A program made the position numbers and the translations under genes. Of a stretch of 60,282 bases of DNA, positions 59,399-60,282 are shown one piece after another (positions within the stretch are counted from its first letter, which is position 1; each line of letters begins with the position of its first letter). This stretch comes from Burkholderiales bacterium (GTDB taxonomy: Bacteria; Pseudomonadota; Gammaproteobacteria; Burkholderiales; Usitatibacteraceae): positions 1 through 60,282 of the forward strand of contig JANMHV010000458.1 of NCBI GenBank assembly GCA_031375445.1, in the 5' to 3' direction. A model generated the notes under the pieces. It saw only the letters and a program-made list of their open reading frames with translations. It had not been told where the DNA came from and made no database searches.

Positions 59399-60040
59399 AT
59401 GAAGATTTCCTCGCTTGGGATGCTGACGCTGGGCGCCACGCTTGCACTGTCCGCAGGCACCGCGTTCGCCAACGTCACACCCAACCTGACCGACTCGCAG
59501 GGCAACCCCGTCAAGGACGGCTCCGGCGCCTGCGTCGTCACCTCCGGTATCGTGCACCCCGAGTGCGCGGGTACGAAGGCTCCGGAACCGGCGAGGCCCG
59601 CCGCGCCCGCTGCCCCCGCCGCTCCTGCAGCTCCGACGGCTCCCACCGCGCCGGCCGCTCCCGCCGCGCCCGCACCGGTCTCGGTGCGCCAGGCCGTGGT
59701 GATCCAGGCCGATGCGCTGTTCGACTTCGACAAGTCGGTCCTGCGTCCGGATGGCCGCAAGAGCATCGACGACGCCGTCGCGAAGCTGAAGGGCGTCGAC
59801 CTCGAGATGGTGATCGCCACCGGCCACACCGACTCGATCGGCAGCGACGCCTACAACCAGCGCCTGTCCGAGCGCCGCGCAGCCGCGGTGAAGGACTACC
59901 TGGTGAGCAAGGGCATCGCGTCTTCGAAGATCACGACCATCGGCAAGGGCGAATCCCAGCCGGTCGCGACCAACAAGACCGCCGAGGGCCGCCAGAAGAA
60001 CCGCCGCGTGGACATCGAGTTCAAGGGTGTCCGCCAGTAA
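59399..60040 (+). CDS. ompA: OmpA family protein
   Basis: Signal peptide, Pro/Ala linker, LFDFDKS, GHTD..GS..YN..LS.RRA, NRRV. Confidence 0.93.
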   Translation: MKISSLGMLTLGATLALSAGTAFANVTPNLTDSQGNPVKDGSGACVVTSGIVHPECAGTKAPEPARPAAPAAPAAPAAPTAPTAPAAPAAPAPVSVRQAVVIQADALFDFDKSVLRPDGRKSIDDAVAKLKGVDLEMVIATGHTDSIGSDAYNQRLSERRAAAVKDYLVSKGIASSKITTIGKGESQPVATNKTAEGRQKNRRVDIEFKGVRQ

Positions 60041-60059
60041 GTCTCCAAAGCTCCGGCAG

Positions 60060-60085
60060 AAAACCCCGCTCCGGCGGGGTTTTTT
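60060..60085 (+). terminator. Intrinsic terminator after ompA
   Basis: AAAACCCCGC-TCCG-GCGGGGTTTTTT. Confidence 0.92.
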
Positions 60086-60102
60086 GTTCCAACCCCCCGA
60101 AC

Positions 60103-60282
60103 ATGCAATCCGTTGACACCCTGATCATCGCGGCCCACATGGCCACGGTCGTGCCGCGCCAAGTGCTTGCCGACCACGCGGTCGCCATCACCGCCGGGCG
60201 CATCGTGGCGGTCCTGCCCCAGGCAGATGCGCTCGCCCGCTTCGAAGCGAAGCAGGTCGTCCGGTTGGGGGAGCACCTGCTG
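60103..60282 (+). CDS. 5' part of a TRZ/ATZ family amidohydrolase (MtaD-like), cut by the window edge
   Basis: Manual translation MQSVDTLIIAAHMATVVPRQVLADHAVAITAGRIVAVLP...LGEHLL; typical position near ompA/gyrA. Confidence 0.75.
   Translation, partial: MQSVDTLIIAAHMATVVPRQVLADHAVAITAGRIVAVLPQADALARFEAKQVVRLGEHLL

Noticed and set aside
59590-59680. Pro/Ala repeats in ompA as a novel repeat element
   Set aside because: Ordinary flexible linker of OmpA-family proteins.

Overview
GC-rich (~70%) chromosomal window, almost certainly betaproteobacterial by gene order (inference). It is mostly core genes: gyrA-serC-serA-pheA-hisC-tyrA-aroA-cmk-rpsA-ihfB-lapA-lapB-pyrF-ugd-rfaE1-rfaD-comEA-cysM; nadE-glnB; purE-purK; an arn (Ara4N lipid A modification) cluster; trxB; crp-ftsK-lolA-rarA-serS; ispD-ispF; mltF; ybbA/ybbP/tesA-mnmH; ompA. 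I saw no rRNA, tRNA, CRISPR array, transposase, integrase or phage gene. The unexplained signal is non-coding: six long rod-like hairpins in intergenic DNA. (i) An inverted pair of homologous ~140-nt elements at 3348-3671 with compensatory stem changes. (ii) Three ~160-175-nt elements whose 42-44-bp inverted arms are built from four ~10-bp-phased CACRAAGG units and co-vary within each copy. (iii) A fourth element with the same architecture but a different unit (CGCAGAT). Also notable: a 45-aa internally deleted DUF1348 remnant still translationally coupled on both sides, a palindromic repeat inside the lolA signal-peptide region, an unlisted 45-aa membrane protein, and an arn cluster with no arnD and a formyltransferase missing its catalytic Asp. 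Several apparent point lesions (stop codons in trxB and a Bug gene, no proximal serC start) may be base-call errors.
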